A stretch of DNA of 64,000 nucleotides, from contig PFSB01000017.1 in NCBI GenBank assembly GCA_002788855.1, forward strand, positions 35,739 to 99,738. The letters run 5' to 3'. The notes under the pieces are model-generated. The model had not been told where the DNA came from. It searched no databases and worked only from the letters and a program-made list of their open reading frames with translations. Origin of the DNA: Candidatus Roizmanbacteria bacterium CG_4_9_14_0_2_um_filter_38_17 (GTDB lineage Bacteria > Patescibacteriota > Microgenomatia > GCA-00278855). A program made the position numbers and the translations under genes. Positions within the stretch are counted from its first letter, which is position 1. Each line of letters starts with the position of its first letter. This document shows positions 9,290 to 18,800 of this stretch, piece after piece.

Positions 9290-10600
9290 TTATTTGTTAA
9301 TAATAAACAAAGTTTCCATTTTAGAAGAGAGTGAAGGGAAAAAACCATCCGTGAGATGTAGATTGTTCTTCTTGAAGAGATCTTTCCACCAAGTACGTGA
9401 GAAAACAGACACCCTTGATAGGTCGTGTCCATAAAATTTCTGCATCCACCAGTTTTCTGTTGTAAATACTTTATGAAAACAGTGTTTACGGCTTACTCGG
9501 CAACATTCTCTCAAGGCTTGGGGTAAATTATGCTCATCAATGTGGCTAAGTACGTTAAACGTAGCTACAACATCAAATGAATTGCTGTCATATGGAAGAT
9601 GAAGAATATCACCGTATTTGAGATGTTTTTTGATTCTTGGATTTGCTCTAGATAAAGCATATTTAGAAATCTCAATCCCCTTTGCATCAACTCCCAATAA
9701 CCTAAGGTAGTGCACTAAATGTCCAGTAGCACAGCCAACATCAAGCACTGATTTAGGCTTTAGAAATATTTTTATCATGAGAGCACGGTATATGTTGGCT
9801 AAATTGACTTTTAGTTTGCCCGTAAATTTAGTTGTGTATCCACGATACCCAACGCCTTCCTCATAGTATTCGCGGTTATAAAAAGATGCGTCAAGAGAAA
9901 ATGGAGAAATGACTGTTCCATGAAACTTCTTGCCAGTCATTAACTTTTCCATATTGGCAATATTTGTACCTCTTAGCACGATTACAGTAAGTCCGAGTTT
10001 TTGTGCTTCTTTGGCGGCAATTGGATCCCAAGGCACATTCATCCCTGGTGTCCATTCACTTCCAATAAGCCGGCGGAAGTATTTCCAGGTTGTGCGTTCT
10101 ATTGGGCGAGCATTTTTATCTATCCGAGGGTCTGCAGTATAGACCATATCTACGTTACTTAAGTTTATAAGAACTTTAGCCTTATGCATTTTAGCTAATA
10201 ACACTGCGCAGTAGTCTGTGGACCAGCCGGGTTTCCAGCCAGCAGCGACTACTACGGGTTCTTTTACGCCTGGTGCCATGCGATCATACTGATCAATGAT
10301 TTTAGTGTGGGCAATGTCTTTAAAGATTGTACGGATAAGATGGGCATTGATTCTAGTAGCATGAATACCTAGCCAGTCCAGGTCATCGCGGGTAACCTCG
10401 CCAATTACTTCATTTCCAGCATCGCGATAGCTTCTGGCAGTTGCCCCACCACCAGCAACAATAATAAATCGTCTGTTGTATTGGGTAATTTGAGTGCGAA
10501 TAAAGGTGTTAAAATCCTGGAGAAACTTGGTGTCTATTCCTCCGTTGGGAACAATTAATGATCCACCTAAGCTTAAAATAATTGTTTCTTCAAATGCCAT
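9290..10600 (-). CDS. pyrH: Archaeal-type UMP kinase fused to a C-terminal class I SAM methyltransferase
   Basis: LSLGGS, VAGGG, GWKPGWSTD, VYTADP, WDPIAA, then VLDVGCATG...GDILHLPY...FDVV. Confidence 0.85.
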   Translation of the reverse strand: MAFEETIILSLGGSLIVPNGGIDTKFLQDFNTFIRTQITQYNRRFIIVAGGGATARSYRDAGNEVIGEVTRDDLDWLGIHATRINAHLIRTIFKDIAHTKIIDQYDRMAPGVKEPVVVAAGWKPGWSTDYCAVLLAKMHKAKVLINLSNVDMVYTADPRIDKNARPIERTTWKYFRRLIGSEWTPGMNVPWDPIAAKEAQKLGLTVIVLRGTNIANMEKLMTGKKFHGTVISPFSLDASFYNREYYEEGVGYRGYTTKFTGKLKVNLANIYRALMIKIFLKPKSVLDVGCATGHLVHYLRLLGVDAKGIEISKYALSRANPRIKKHLKYGDILHLPYDSNSFDVVATFNVLSHIDEHNLPQALRECCRVSRKHCFHKVFTTENWWMQKFYGHDLSRVSVFSRTWWKDLFKKNNLHLTDGFFPSLSSKMETLFIINK

Positions 10601-10611
10601 TTTTACCCATT

Positions 10612-10633
10612 AAAAAAGAGCCCGGAGGCCCTT
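10612..10633 (-). terminator. Intrinsic terminator in the pyrH leader (candidate attenuator)
   Basis: AAGGGCC-TCCG-GGCTCTT then U-tract, ending 11 nt before the pyrH ATG. Confidence 0.7.
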
Positions 10634-10700
10634 AGTTTTGTGTTAATAACGTCCCATTGAGGACATTGCTTAAATTACAAACGATAATTTGATTCTGCAT
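10632..10700 (-). CDS. Putative 22-aa leader peptide
   Basis: MQNQIIVCNLSNVLNGTLLTQN*, purine-rich upstream sequence, stop codon overlaps the terminator 5' arm. Confidence 0.4.
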   Translation of the reverse strand: MQNQIIVCNLSNVLNGTLLTQN

Positions 10701-10800
10701 AAACCTACTACCACTCCCTATGTATATATTATGTAATGTAATGGCAGAATAGCAGATTAATCCTTTCCCTGTCAACATTAGAGAATATTATACGTACAAT

Positions 10801-11910
10801 TTATGTATAAAGCAACTTCGTGGAGACAAAGTTCTTCATTTTAGTCTGGAAGATTTCTTTTGAGAAATTGTTGGCATGTTTTATACAGTCTTCTTTTCTT
10901 ATATTTAGTTTATCTAGTTTTTTCATTGCGGCAACAACTATTTCTAAATTTAACTCATCAAATAACACTCCTGTCTTGCCCTCTATAATTGTTTCTGGTA
11001 CTCCTCCGCTTCTTAGAGCTACTACCGGAATTCCATAGCCCATTGCCTCAACTGGGACAATTCCAAATTCTTCATCTTTAGCAGGAAAGATTAAAGCTTT
11101 CGCATTGGCATAAATAGAAGGTAGGTCTTTATCAGCTATCTCTCCTAAGAAAGTGACCAGAGACGGCGTTTTTACTTTAGATCGCAAATATTCTTCATCA
11201 GGTCCCTTACCTACGATAATTAACTGTTTATTGAGTTTTTGACAAGCTTCGATTGCCAAATCTATGTGTTTAGCTCGAGCCAAACGAGACACAACCAGGT
11301 AATAATCGCCAACACACTCTAAGTGTGTGTTTATATTAATCTTAACTGGTGGGTAGATTACTGTTGATTTGTGGCGGTAAAATTTAGTAATTCTCTTTTG
11401 TGTTTCTTTGGAGTTAGCAATAAAGTAATTAACGCTTTGGGCTATATTGAAATCATAGAGACGTAAAAAATGATTAACAATATAGCTGTATAGGCGCACA
11501 ACTTTGTACTTATTCCAGTTTCGTGCCGTATCATAGCCATAGAGATAACGAGGTGGAGTGTGTAGATATGAAATGTGTGTAGTGATTTTGGGATTGGTAA
11601 TAATTCCCCGAGGCATGTACCAAGCAGAAGAGCTGATTACGACGTCGTAGTCAGAAAAATCGAAATATTTCCAGACCCAGGGAGTTAAAAATCTAAGGGG
11701 TGAGTGGAATTTTTTTACAAACCAATTTCGCTCCACCCAGGAAGTTCGAATATCCCAGGTTTTAATTCTCTCAGCGTGTGGCCCCAATCCATCCCAGTTT
11801 ACAAAAGCGGTATAAATAGGTGCTTTTGGCCAGATTTCATGCATTGCCTCAAGCACTCTTTCTGCTCCACCATAGACCTGTAGATAATCATGAACTAGTG
11901 CTAGTTTCAT
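10801..11910 (-). CDS. GT4 glycosyltransferase
   Basis: ALVHDYL..GGAERVL, HTPPRYLY, EEFGIVPVEAM. Confidence 0.92.
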   Translation of the reverse strand: MKLALVHDYLQVYGGAERVLEAMHEIWPKAPIYTAFVNWDGLGPHAERIKTWDIRTSWVERNWFVKKFHSPLRFLTPWVWKYFDFSDYDVVISSSAWYMPRGIITNPKITTHISYLHTPPRYLYGYDTARNWNKYKVVRLYSYIVNHFLRLYDFNIAQSVNYFIANSKETQKRITKFYRHKSTVIYPPVKININTHLECVGDYYLVVSRLARAKHIDLAIEACQKLNKQLIIVGKGPDEEYLRSKVKTPSLVTFLGEIADKDLPSIYANAKALIFPAKDEEFGIVPVEAMGYGIPVVALRSGGVPETIIEGKTGVLFDELNLEIVVAAMKKLDKLNIRKEDCIKHANNFSKEIFQTKMKNFVSTKLLYT

Positions 11911-12353
11911 TTTAGAAATAGTGCTTTGGTAAATGCTTGCTTGTCATTGTCATGGGTTAGGATTCTTAGAACCTCATCAGGAAATATGAACTTTGCTTCG
12001 GAAACTTCCCAGTCGTGATCTTCAGGATTACCTGAAACATATTCCATAAGATAGTAGTGCACTGTCTTATCTATTAAACAATCTTCCCATTGATATTTAT
12101 ATTTTACCAATGGGAGCTTTTTTATAATTTTAGCCTTAATCCCTCCCTCTTCCCCTACTTCGCGAAGTGCTGCTTGTTCAATTGATTCATCGGCAATTTC
12201 ATCACCCACTAAGCCCTTAGGAAAACTCCAGTGACCAAACTGAGAGTGTTGAGTGATTAACCACAAAAGTGGTTGATCACGAAATCCTGAGCCTTGCGAA
12301 GGACTTTCCTTGCATACTATCCCCCCTGCTGAAATTTCTATTTTATTCTTCAT
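11907..12353 (-). CDS. NUDIX hydrolase
   Basis: WSFPKG...AALREVGEEGG Nudix box. Confidence 0.9.
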   Translation of the reverse strand: MKNKIEISAGGIVCKESPSQGSGFRDQPLLWLITQHSQFGHWSFPKGLVGDEIADESIEQAALREVGEEGGIKAKIIKKLPLVKYKYQWEDCLIDKTVHYYLMEYVSGNPEDHDWEVSEAKFIFPDEVLRILTHDNDKQAFTKALFLK

Positions 12354-12375
12354 AGTTCGCTTAACTTGTTTTATT

Positions 12376-13305
12376 TTACAGCATTTCTAGTTGCTGGTTA
12401 TCCTCTTTCTCAACAATTTCTGGTTCTGGTTTTGTTGGTTGATATAACTTTTTAACGCGCGCCCAATGAGAGCGGAAGGCAAGTTTGTCAAAATGTTCTT
12501 TGGTTTCAACTGTGTCAAGGCGGCTTAATTTAGCAGTATTTAGATCAAGATCTATGTCAATATCTATAACAATTTGAGCTAATTTTTTAGCCATGAGGAC
12601 GTCTTTTTTAGAATCGGATAATAATTTTTGCTGTCTACCGCTTAGCTCTTGTAGATGATTATATACTTCCTCTAAAGAACTGTATTTAGTTATTAACTCG
12701 CTTGCAGATTTTGGACCGATCCCTTTAACACCTGGGTAATTATCTGAAGGATCACCCATAAGCGCTTTATAGTCAACCATTTGTTGAGGGTGAATTTTAT
12801 ATTTTTCCTCCACCTCTGTTTCACCAAATAATTTTCCTTGAGCTATACCTTTTACGGGCATATACACTTTTGTTTTTTGACTGACCAACTGTAATAAATC
12901 TCGATCTCCGGTAATAATAACTGTTTCTAGATTTCTGCTCTGGGCGAGGTTGGCCAAAGTTCCAATAATGTCATCTGCCTCATAACCTGCTTGCTCATAA
13001 ATAGGAATTCTAAGAGTATGTAGAAGTTCTTTAGTAGGCTTGATCTGGGAAATTAAATTGTCTGGTGTGAGTTTGCGCTGGACTCGGTAGTTTTCATATA
13101 ACTTATCTCTAAAAGTCGGCAAGGGCAAATCAAAGGCACAGATTATATATGCGGGATTAAATAATTCTATAAAGCTGAGTAACATTTGGGTAAATCCGTA
13201 AATAGCATTTATGGATGTCTTATCTTTTAGAGTTAATGTTTCGGGGAGTGCATAAAAAGCACGGTATAGTATCGCGTTGGAGTCGATTAGCAGCAGTTTT
13301 TCCAT
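12376..13305 (-). CDS. Stand-alone 5'-3' exonuclease (PolA N-terminal/FEN domain)
   Basis: LLIDSNAILYRAFYA, GYEADDIIGTL, TGDRDLLQL, GDPSDNYPGVKGIG; no polymerase domain. Confidence 0.92.
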   Translation of the reverse strand: MEKLLLIDSNAILYRAFYALPETLTLKDKTSINAIYGFTQMLLSFIELFNPAYIICAFDLPLPTFRDKLYENYRVQRKLTPDNLISQIKPTKELLHTLRIPIYEQAGYEADDIIGTLANLAQSRNLETVIITGDRDLLQLVSQKTKVYMPVKGIAQGKLFGETEVEEKYKIHPQQMVDYKALMGDPSDNYPGVKGIGPKSASELITKYSSLEEVYNHLQELSGRQQKLLSDSKKDVLMAKKLAQIVIDIDIDLDLNTAKLSRLDTVETKEHFDKLAFRSHWARVKKLYQPTKPEPEIVEKEDNQQLEML

Positions 13306-13308
13306 ATA

Positions 13309-15180
13309 TTAGTCTTTTTTCATTAGACTATCTAACTCTTCACCGTCCAAAGTCTCTTTTATAAGCAACTCTTTGGCCAAGCGGTCAAGCTTAAGCTTAT
13401 GCTTTTTTAATAATTGCTTTGCATCTGTGTATGCATTATCTATAATTAACTTTACCTCTTGGTCAATTAAAGACTGCATTTGCGGACTTATCTGCGGTTG
13501 CTCAAAATATCCTTTTCCTATCTCAACTTCCTGCATCTGGGATCCAAAGTCTATTGGACCAAGCTTGCTCATACCAAAATCCAGAACCATTGCGCGGGCT
13601 ATTCTGGTGGATACATCGATGTCACTAGAGGCGCCAGATGTCATCTCTGAAAATATGAGCTCCTCTGCAGCACGCCCGCCTAGCAATGTTCTAATCTGAG
13701 CAAGTAATCGGGTTTTTGTTTCGTGGGTTCTATCGGTTTCGGGAACAATTAAATTAAAACCTAATGCGCGACCACGAGACACAATGGAAATTCGGTGCAC
13801 TGGATCCGTGTCTTCCTGTACGTATGACATAACTGCGTGACCAGCTTCATGGTAAGCCGTCATTTTGCGGTCTTCATCCGATTGTAACCGCTTTTTTTCT
13901 GGTCCCAACTTAACTTTAGTAGCCGCTTCTTCAATGTGTTCCATGTTTATCTTTAGCTTATTCTCGCGAGCCGTAAGAATAGCTGCCTCATTCATCATGT
14001 TTTCAATATCTGCTCCGGAAAAACCTACTGTGCGGCGCGCCACTTTTTTCCAGTTAATACTTTTTACAAATGGTTTGCCTTTTGCATGTATCATGGCAAT
14101 TTCTTGTCTACCTTCAATGTCTGGTAAATCCAGCTGGATGCGTCGGTCAAAACGACCAGGTCGAAGTAATGCTGAGTCCAGCATGTCTCCACGGTTGGTT
14201 GCAGCAATTACAATAACGCTTTCATTGGGCTCAAAACCGTCCATTTCTACCAACATCTGGTTGAGTGTCTGCTCCCTTTCATCATGACCTCCCATCGCTC
14301 CGACGGAGCGCGTACGGCCAATTGCATCAACTTCATCAATAAAAATAATCGAAGGAGCCTGTTTTTTAGCGGTCTTAAACAGGTCCCGCATTCGGGCACT
14401 CCCTACTCCAACTAACATTTCCATAAATTCTGAGCCAGCCATGGAGAAAAAAGGCACCTTGGCTTCTCCAGCTACAGCTTTAGCAAGTAGAGTTTTACCA
14501 GTCCCCGATGGGCCAACAAGCAATACTCCTTTGGGAGTACGTGCTCCAACACTTGCGTATTTCTTCGGGTGCTTTAGAAAGTCTACAATTTCTTCCATTT
14601 CTTTTTTGGCTTCTTGGATACCCGCAATGTCTTTAAAGGTGATTTTGGGTTTTTCCTGATCAAATAGTTTGGCAGTAGATTGACCAAAAGAAAAAATTGA
14701 GCTTTGTGCCCCTTTAGCCTGGCGGAAGATAAAAAAGAAGAAGCCAACCATAAGCAAGATTGGTAATATATTTATAACCAGGTCAATAAAAGGTACATTA
14801 AAAAAACTATCTCCCTCGATTTCAATCTCAAGCCTTTTTGGATCTATCTGGGCATTTTGCAGGATCTCTACAAAAGAAGCCTGGGGTTCTTTAAAGGATT
14901 CAAACTTGTCTCCACCATTATATTCAGCAGTAACTTTACGTTCCTCAACCATTACTTTTTTGATTTTGCCAGCCTTGATATCTGTCAACACGCTGGAGAG
15001 AGGCTTTTTTTCTAATTCTTGAGATGCTTGATTTAAGCTGGCTAAAAAAGATAGCGCAAAGAATAAGATTAATCCCCACAAAAAAAGATTTTTGATATTA
15101 AGATTTAATTTAAACTCCTTACGAATCTTTTTAATTCCCAAAGATGGTTGTTTCTTAACATTGGTAGGCGCCTGTTTCAC
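13309..15180 (-). CDS. ftsH: ATP-dependent zinc metalloprotease FtsH
   Basis: Two TM helices, [29 protein letters not shown]. Confidence 0.97.
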   Translation of the reverse strand: MKQAPTNVKKQPSLGIKKIRKEFKLNLNIKNLFLWGLILFFALSFLASLNQASQELEKKPLSSVLTDIKAGKIKKVMVEERKVTAEYNGGDKFESFKEPQASFVEILQNAQIDPKRLEIEIEGDSFFNVPFIDLVINILPILLMVGFFFFIFRQAKGAQSSIFSFGQSTAKLFDQEKPKITFKDIAGIQEAKKEMEEIVDFLKHPKKYASVGARTPKGVLLVGPSGTGKTLLAKAVAGEAKVPFFSMAGSEFMEMLVGVGSARMRDLFKTAKKQAPSIIFIDEVDAIGRTRSVGAMGGHDEREQTLNQMLVEMDGFEPNESVIVIAATNRGDMLDSALLRPGRFDRRIQLDLPDIEGRQEIAMIHAKGKPFVKSINWKKVARRTVGFSGADIENMMNEAAILTARENKLKINMEHIEEAATKVKLGPEKKRLQSDEDRKMTAYHEAGHAVMSYVQEDTDPVHRISIVSRGRALGFNLIVPETDRTHETKTRLLAQIRTLLGGRAAEELIFSEMTSGASSDIDVSTRIARAMVLDFGMSKLGPIDFGSQMQEVEIGKGYFEQPQISPQMQSLIDQEVKLIIDNAYTDAKQLLKKHKLKLDRLAKELLIKETLDGEELDSLMKKD

Positions 15181-15246
15181 GCAGCAATTATACTATGAAC
15201 ACATGTTCTAGAGCTTAGGCACACTTTACTGTATAATAAAGTTTAT

Positions 15247-15516
15247 ATGGTTAAAGTACAGAATTTTAAAGTCGTTATTGAGCAAGACGAGAATGGCTAT
15301 TTTGTAGCTGATGTGCCCTCTATTCCTGGTTGCCATAGTCAAGGTGAATCTTATAAGGAAGCTATTGACAACGTTAGAGAAGCTATTGAACTATGTCTCG
15401 AAGTTGCTGAGGAAAATACGGACTATAAGTCAAAAATTGAGTTTGAAGAAGATACTACACCAAGCCGCTTTCTAGGAATAGCCCATGTTCCAGTTAGATT
15501 CCAGTTTTCTAAATAA
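15247..15516 (+). CDS. hicB: HicB-family antitoxin
   Basis: VIEQDENGYFVADVPSIPGCHSQGES. Confidence 0.9.
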   Translation: MVKVQNFKVVIEQDENGYFVADVPSIPGCHSQGESYKEAIDNVREAIELCLEVAEENTDYKSKIEFEEDTTPSRFLGIAHVPVRFQFSK

Positions 15517-15740
15517 TGCCAAAGCTTTCCCCAGTTAAATCCAGAAAACTAATTAAATATTTGCAAAAACTAGGTTTTGAAGAAATAAGACAAAAGGGTA
15601 GTCATAAGTTTTTTTCTCATACAGATGGAAGAACTACAGTTGTTCCATTTCATCCAGTAGCAGATATTAGACCAGGTTTGTTACGAAAAATTCTTCAAGA
15701 CAGGTTGGTCTCTCCCAAAACATATCTACGAACAAAATAA
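15516..15740 (+). CDS. hicA: HicA-family toxin
   Basis: LGFEEIRQKGSHKFF...TVVPFH...GLLRKIL. Confidence 0.9.
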   Translation: MPKLSPVKSRKLIKYLQKLGFEEIRQKGSHKFFSHTDGRTTVVPFHPVADIRPGLLRKILQDRLVSPKTYLRTK

Positions 15741-15763
15741 ACCATCTTAATTCAATTTACCTC

Positions 15764-15797
15764 TTGACAATATATCAGTATACTAGTACAATAGTAC
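15764..15797 (+). promoter_or_regulatory. Sigma70 promoter overlapped by a TrpR-type operator
   Basis: TTGACA(15764)-17-TACAAT(15787); palindrome ATACTAGTACAATAGTAC (15780-15797) resembles the E. coli trp operator GAACTAGTTAACTAGTAC. Confidence 0.7.
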
Positions 15798-15802
15798 GCA
15801 TT

Positions 15803-16054
15803 ATGGATAAAAGACTGAAATACCTAATCAATTCTCTCTTAGCAATAAAAACAGACAAAGCGATGTATGATTTTTTGCTAGGGATATTGACTCCACGAGA
15901 GTTACAGGAGTTACCATCGAGATTGGAGATAGTTAAGCTGCTTAAACAGGGAGTTCCACAGCATCGGATTGCAGAAACCTTGGGAACTGGGGTGGCAACA
16001 GTAACTAGAGGCTCAAAAGAGATTCAAAAAGGAAGATTTAAGAATATTACCTAA
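15803..16054 (+). CDS. trpR: TrpR/YerC-family repressor
   Basis: ILTPREL...RLEIVKLL..GVPQHRIAETLGTGVATVTRGSKEI. Confidence 0.85.
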   Translation: MDKRLKYLINSLLAIKTDKAMYDFLLGILTPRELQELPSRLEIVKLLKQGVPQHRIAETLGTGVATVTRGSKEIQKGRFKNIT

Positions 16055-16215
16055 TGAAACAAACTAAACGTAAACATATTGGAATTATAGGAGGCGTTGG
16101 TCCTCAAGCAACGCTTGAGCTGGCAATTAACTATGAAGCAGTGGCACCACGTATGATAAACTCTATGGAAGTATTGGCAAAAGAAATTGTAAAGAGTTAT
16201 TACGAGCAAAATTAA
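16054..16215 (+). pseudogene. Internally deleted aspartate/glutamate racemase stub (53 aa)
   Basis: Manual translation MKQTKRKHIGIIGGVGPQATLEL...MINSMEVLAKEIV: racemase N-terminal motif joined to a C-terminal-like helix. Confidence 0.6.
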
Positions 16216-16224
16216 TTAAATAAC

Positions 16225-17247
16225 ATGAATAAAAAAAGAGTGTTATCTGGAATTCGTGCCACAGGCAGACTCCACTTGGGAAATTATCTAGGAGCAGTAA
16301 AGGGAATGCTTGCTTTGCAAGATAATAAGGAATATGAGACTTTGTTCTTTGTAGTTGACCTGCATACCATGACTACGCCGTATGACCCAGCTACTCTTTC
16401 AACTGCCACGAATGAAATTATACTTGATTATTTAGCGAGTGGACTTGATCCAAAGATAAGTGCAATCTTTGTTCAGTCAGATCTGGCTGATTTACATACG
16501 CAACTAATGTTTTATGTCTCCACCTCGGTGAGTATTGCCAGAATGCAGCATTTACCAACATTTAAAGACAAAGTTAAACAACACCCTAAGGGTGTCACCA
16601 TGGCTTTACTAAACTACCCTATTTTAATGGCGGCAGATATTTTGATTTACAAAGCATCCAAAGTTCCAGTGGGGATTGACCAAGAACCTCACCTAGAAAT
16701 TGCACGTGAGATTGCACGCAAAATGAATTCTCTTTATGGATTAGATTTTCCAGAACCAACTCGTTTTGCTACCAAGGGTGAATATATTCCTAGTTTAACT
16801 GGAGAAGGAAAGATGAGTAAAAGCGTGGAGGGTAGCTTTATTAATCTTACAGATGACTTAGATACGATAAAAAAACATCTAGCCTCAGCTCCAACTGATT
16901 CGGGTCAAGAAGATAAAGTTCCTTCTGTTGGTGGGGTAGCTAATTTGTTAACTTTTGTTGAGTTGTTTCAAGGAACAGACAAAAAAAAAGAGTATGAAAA
17001 ACAATATACAGGGACAGGAATTCGCTATGGAGATTTAAAAGCTGAACTGGCAGAAGCTATTTTTGAGGAATTAAAACCTATTCAAGCCAAACGCAAAGAA
17101 TTTGAGAGTGATCCAAAGAGAGTTAGGCAAATCTTGGATGAAGGTGCTCAGAAAGCCCGTATAATCGCATCCGCAACCATCAAGGAAGTTAAATCCGCAA
17201 TGGGCCTTAAGCAGCTAGAAACCCACTCCTGGAGTGGGTTAGGTTGA
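16225..17247 (+). CDS. trpS: Tryptophan--tRNA ligase
   Basis: HLGN and KMSKS motifs, YPILMAADIL, VPVGIDQ. Confidence 0.97.
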   Translation: MNKKRVLSGIRATGRLHLGNYLGAVKGMLALQDNKEYETLFFVVDLHTMTTPYDPATLSTATNEIILDYLASGLDPKISAIFVQSDLADLHTQLMFYVSTSVSIARMQHLPTFKDKVKQHPKGVTMALLNYPILMAADILIYKASKVPVGIDQEPHLEIAREIARKMNSLYGLDFPEPTRFATKGEYIPSLTGEGKMSKSVEGSFINLTDDLDTIKKHLASAPTDSGQEDKVPSVGGVANLLTFVELFQGTDKKKEYEKQYTGTGIRYGDLKAELAEAIFEELKPIQAKRKEFESDPKRVRQILDEGAQKARIIASATIKEVKSAMGLKQLETHSWSGLG

Positions 17248-17286
17248 CACCTAAGGATTTAGTCCTTAAATTCTTTCTACAAGAGC

Positions 17287-17320
17287 AAACCTTGTGGGAT
17301 TTAAAACCTTGTGGGATTTA
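17287..17320. repeat. 17-bp tandem duplication
   Basis: AAACCTTGTGGGATTTA x2. Confidence 0.9.
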
Positions 17321-17369
17321 AGCATGATCTATGTTGTCCTCGTTGTATAATAAATGGGTTCATTGATAA

Positions 17370-17442
17370 TGCGGGGTAGTGTACGGTTGCACAGGAGGCT
17401 CATAATCTCCTAGACTAGGTTCGACCCCTAGCCCCGCAACCA
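17370..17442 (+). tRNA. tRNA-Met(CAT), initiator-like
   Basis: TGCGGGG/CCCCGCA acceptor, CT-CAT-AA loop, GGTTCGAC, encoded CCA. Confidence 0.9.
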
Positions 17443-17451
17443 GATTTATTT

Positions 17452-17478
17452 AAAGCCATCCTTCAAGATGGTTTTTTT
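17452..17478 (+). terminator. Intrinsic terminator after tRNA
   Basis: AAAGCCATC-CTTCAA-GATGGTTTT plus T tract. Confidence 0.65.
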
Positions 17479-17526
17479 GTGGTAATAATTGCCCCGGGAG
17501 TTAGTTCACTGTAAAATGAAGCATAG

Positions 17527-17599
17527 GCCAGTGTAGCTCAGTTGGTAGAGCAAAGGAATCATAAACCTTCGGTCGCAGGTTCGAGTCCTGCCACTGGCA
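17527..17599 (+). tRNA. tRNA-Met(CAT), elongator-like
   Basis: GCCAGTG/CACTGGC acceptor, canonical D and T arms, CAT anticodon, A31-A39 mismatch. Confidence 0.88.
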
Positions 17600-18277
17600 C
17601 TATTTTCCAAAGTTTCTCTTTTGCTGGGAGTACCAATCTAGGGATTTGTTAAATTCTTCTACAGTAAAATCCGGCCAGAAAGTTGGAGTAAAGTAGAGTT
17701 CAGTATCTGCAATCTGCCAGGGTAAAAAGTCCGATAATCTTTGCTGCCCACCAGTTCTAATTAATAAGTCTGGATCGGGTTGTCCGGCTGTATCTAAATA
17801 CTGCCCAAACTCCTCCTCTGTAATCTCTTTGTGATCTTTGGGTAATTTATTAATGGCTCTAAGTATTTCATCTCTACCGCCATAAGACATTGCAAAGTTG
17901 ACAGTTATTTTAGTGTTGTTTTTGCTTTGTTCAACCCAACTATTGGTCATATCTTGGATATCTTTGGGAAATAAAGAGAGATTTCCCAGTACTTTAATAC
18001 GTATATTCTTGCGGTAGTACTTATTTACTTTCCTATTTAAACTTGTGCGAAACAAGTTTAATAAAAATTTAATTTCTTCTGGTTTTCTGTTCCAGTTTTT
18101 TATTGCAAGTGCCCAAAAGGTCAAATTCTGGATTCCTAGCTCTATAGAACGATCGATTATTGATTCAATTTTGCTCTCGCCAGTTAAATGTCCTTTAAAT
18201 TTTGGTAGCCTTTTTTCTTTTGCCCAGCGACGATTACCGTCCATGATTAAAGCTACGTGACTAGGTAAGTGTTCCAT
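17600..18277 (-). CDS. uppS: Polyprenyl diphosphate synthase
   Basis: HVALIMDGNRRWA, SYGGRDEI, PDLLIRTGG..RLSDFL; start trimmed to MEHLP. Confidence 0.95.
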   Translation of the reverse strand: MEHLPSHVALIMDGNRRWAKEKRLPKFKGHLTGESKIESIIDRSIELGIQNLTFWALAIKNWNRKPEEIKFLLNLFRTSLNRKVNKYYRKNIRIKVLGNLSLFPKDIQDMTNSWVEQSKNNTKITVNFAMSYGGRDEILRAINKLPKDHKEITEEEFGQYLDTAGQPDPDLLIRTGGQQRLSDFLPWQIADTELYFTPTFWPDFTVEEFNKSLDWYSQQKRNFGK

Positions 18278-18301
18278 AAGTTTAGTATAGCAGATATTAA
18301 A

Positions 18302-18335
18302 AGCCAAGCTATCCACTAAAGTGTAAAGCTCGGCT
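18302..18335. repeat. Degenerate doublet hairpin element
   Basis: AGCCAAGCTATCCACTAAAGTGTAAAGCTCGGCT; reverse complement closely matches 56222-56259. Confidence 0.7.
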
Positions 18336-18346
18336 GATATCTGCTC

Positions 18347-18691
18347 TTACAAAAATAGATTGAGCCATTCTCTCCAGATAGGAATTTCAGCTTTCATGTT
18401 TTTTTCATTCAGAGAACGATCAGACTTCGACTGAGGTATGACATAAGCAGTCTCCCCTGCTTTTCCTAGTCCTAGTTTTTCACGAGCTATTTCTTCAATA
18501 TATTCTCTACTTTGAATGTGCTGGTATTCTTCACGAAGTAGTGCATTTTCCTCTTGAACCTCATGAAGTCTTTCTTGTGCCTTATTTACCAACTGACTAC
18601 GCGTAGACAAATCTATGATTGAGCGGGAAAGGTTAACAATTAGAACGATCCCGATAATAATAATTATCCAGCTTATTGTTTTTGCATTCAT
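18347..18691 (-). CDS. Septum formation initiator (FtsB/DivIC family)
   Basis: TM helix, coiled coil, YIEEIAREKLGL.K.GE. Confidence 0.85.
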   Translation of the reverse strand: MNAKTISWIIIIIGIVLIVNLSRSIIDLSTRSQLVNKAQERLHEVQEENALLREEYQHIQSREYIEEIAREKLGLGKAGETAYVIPQSKSDRSLNEKNMKAEIPIWREWLNLFL

Positions 18692-18800
18692 TAGGTGATT
18701 AGTTTATTATATTTATCTAAAATCAAGCATAAAAAGCATTGACGTTCATTTAATAGCATGCTATTATAGGCTAGTCTTGCCCCCAATACGTTTGACTATT

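Noticed and set aside
13373-14659. Antisense ORFs within ftsH, and similar ones within nrdJ, groEL, guaAB, spoIID and the MVA genes
   Set aside because: They are shadow frames of well-supported genes with no protein motifs.
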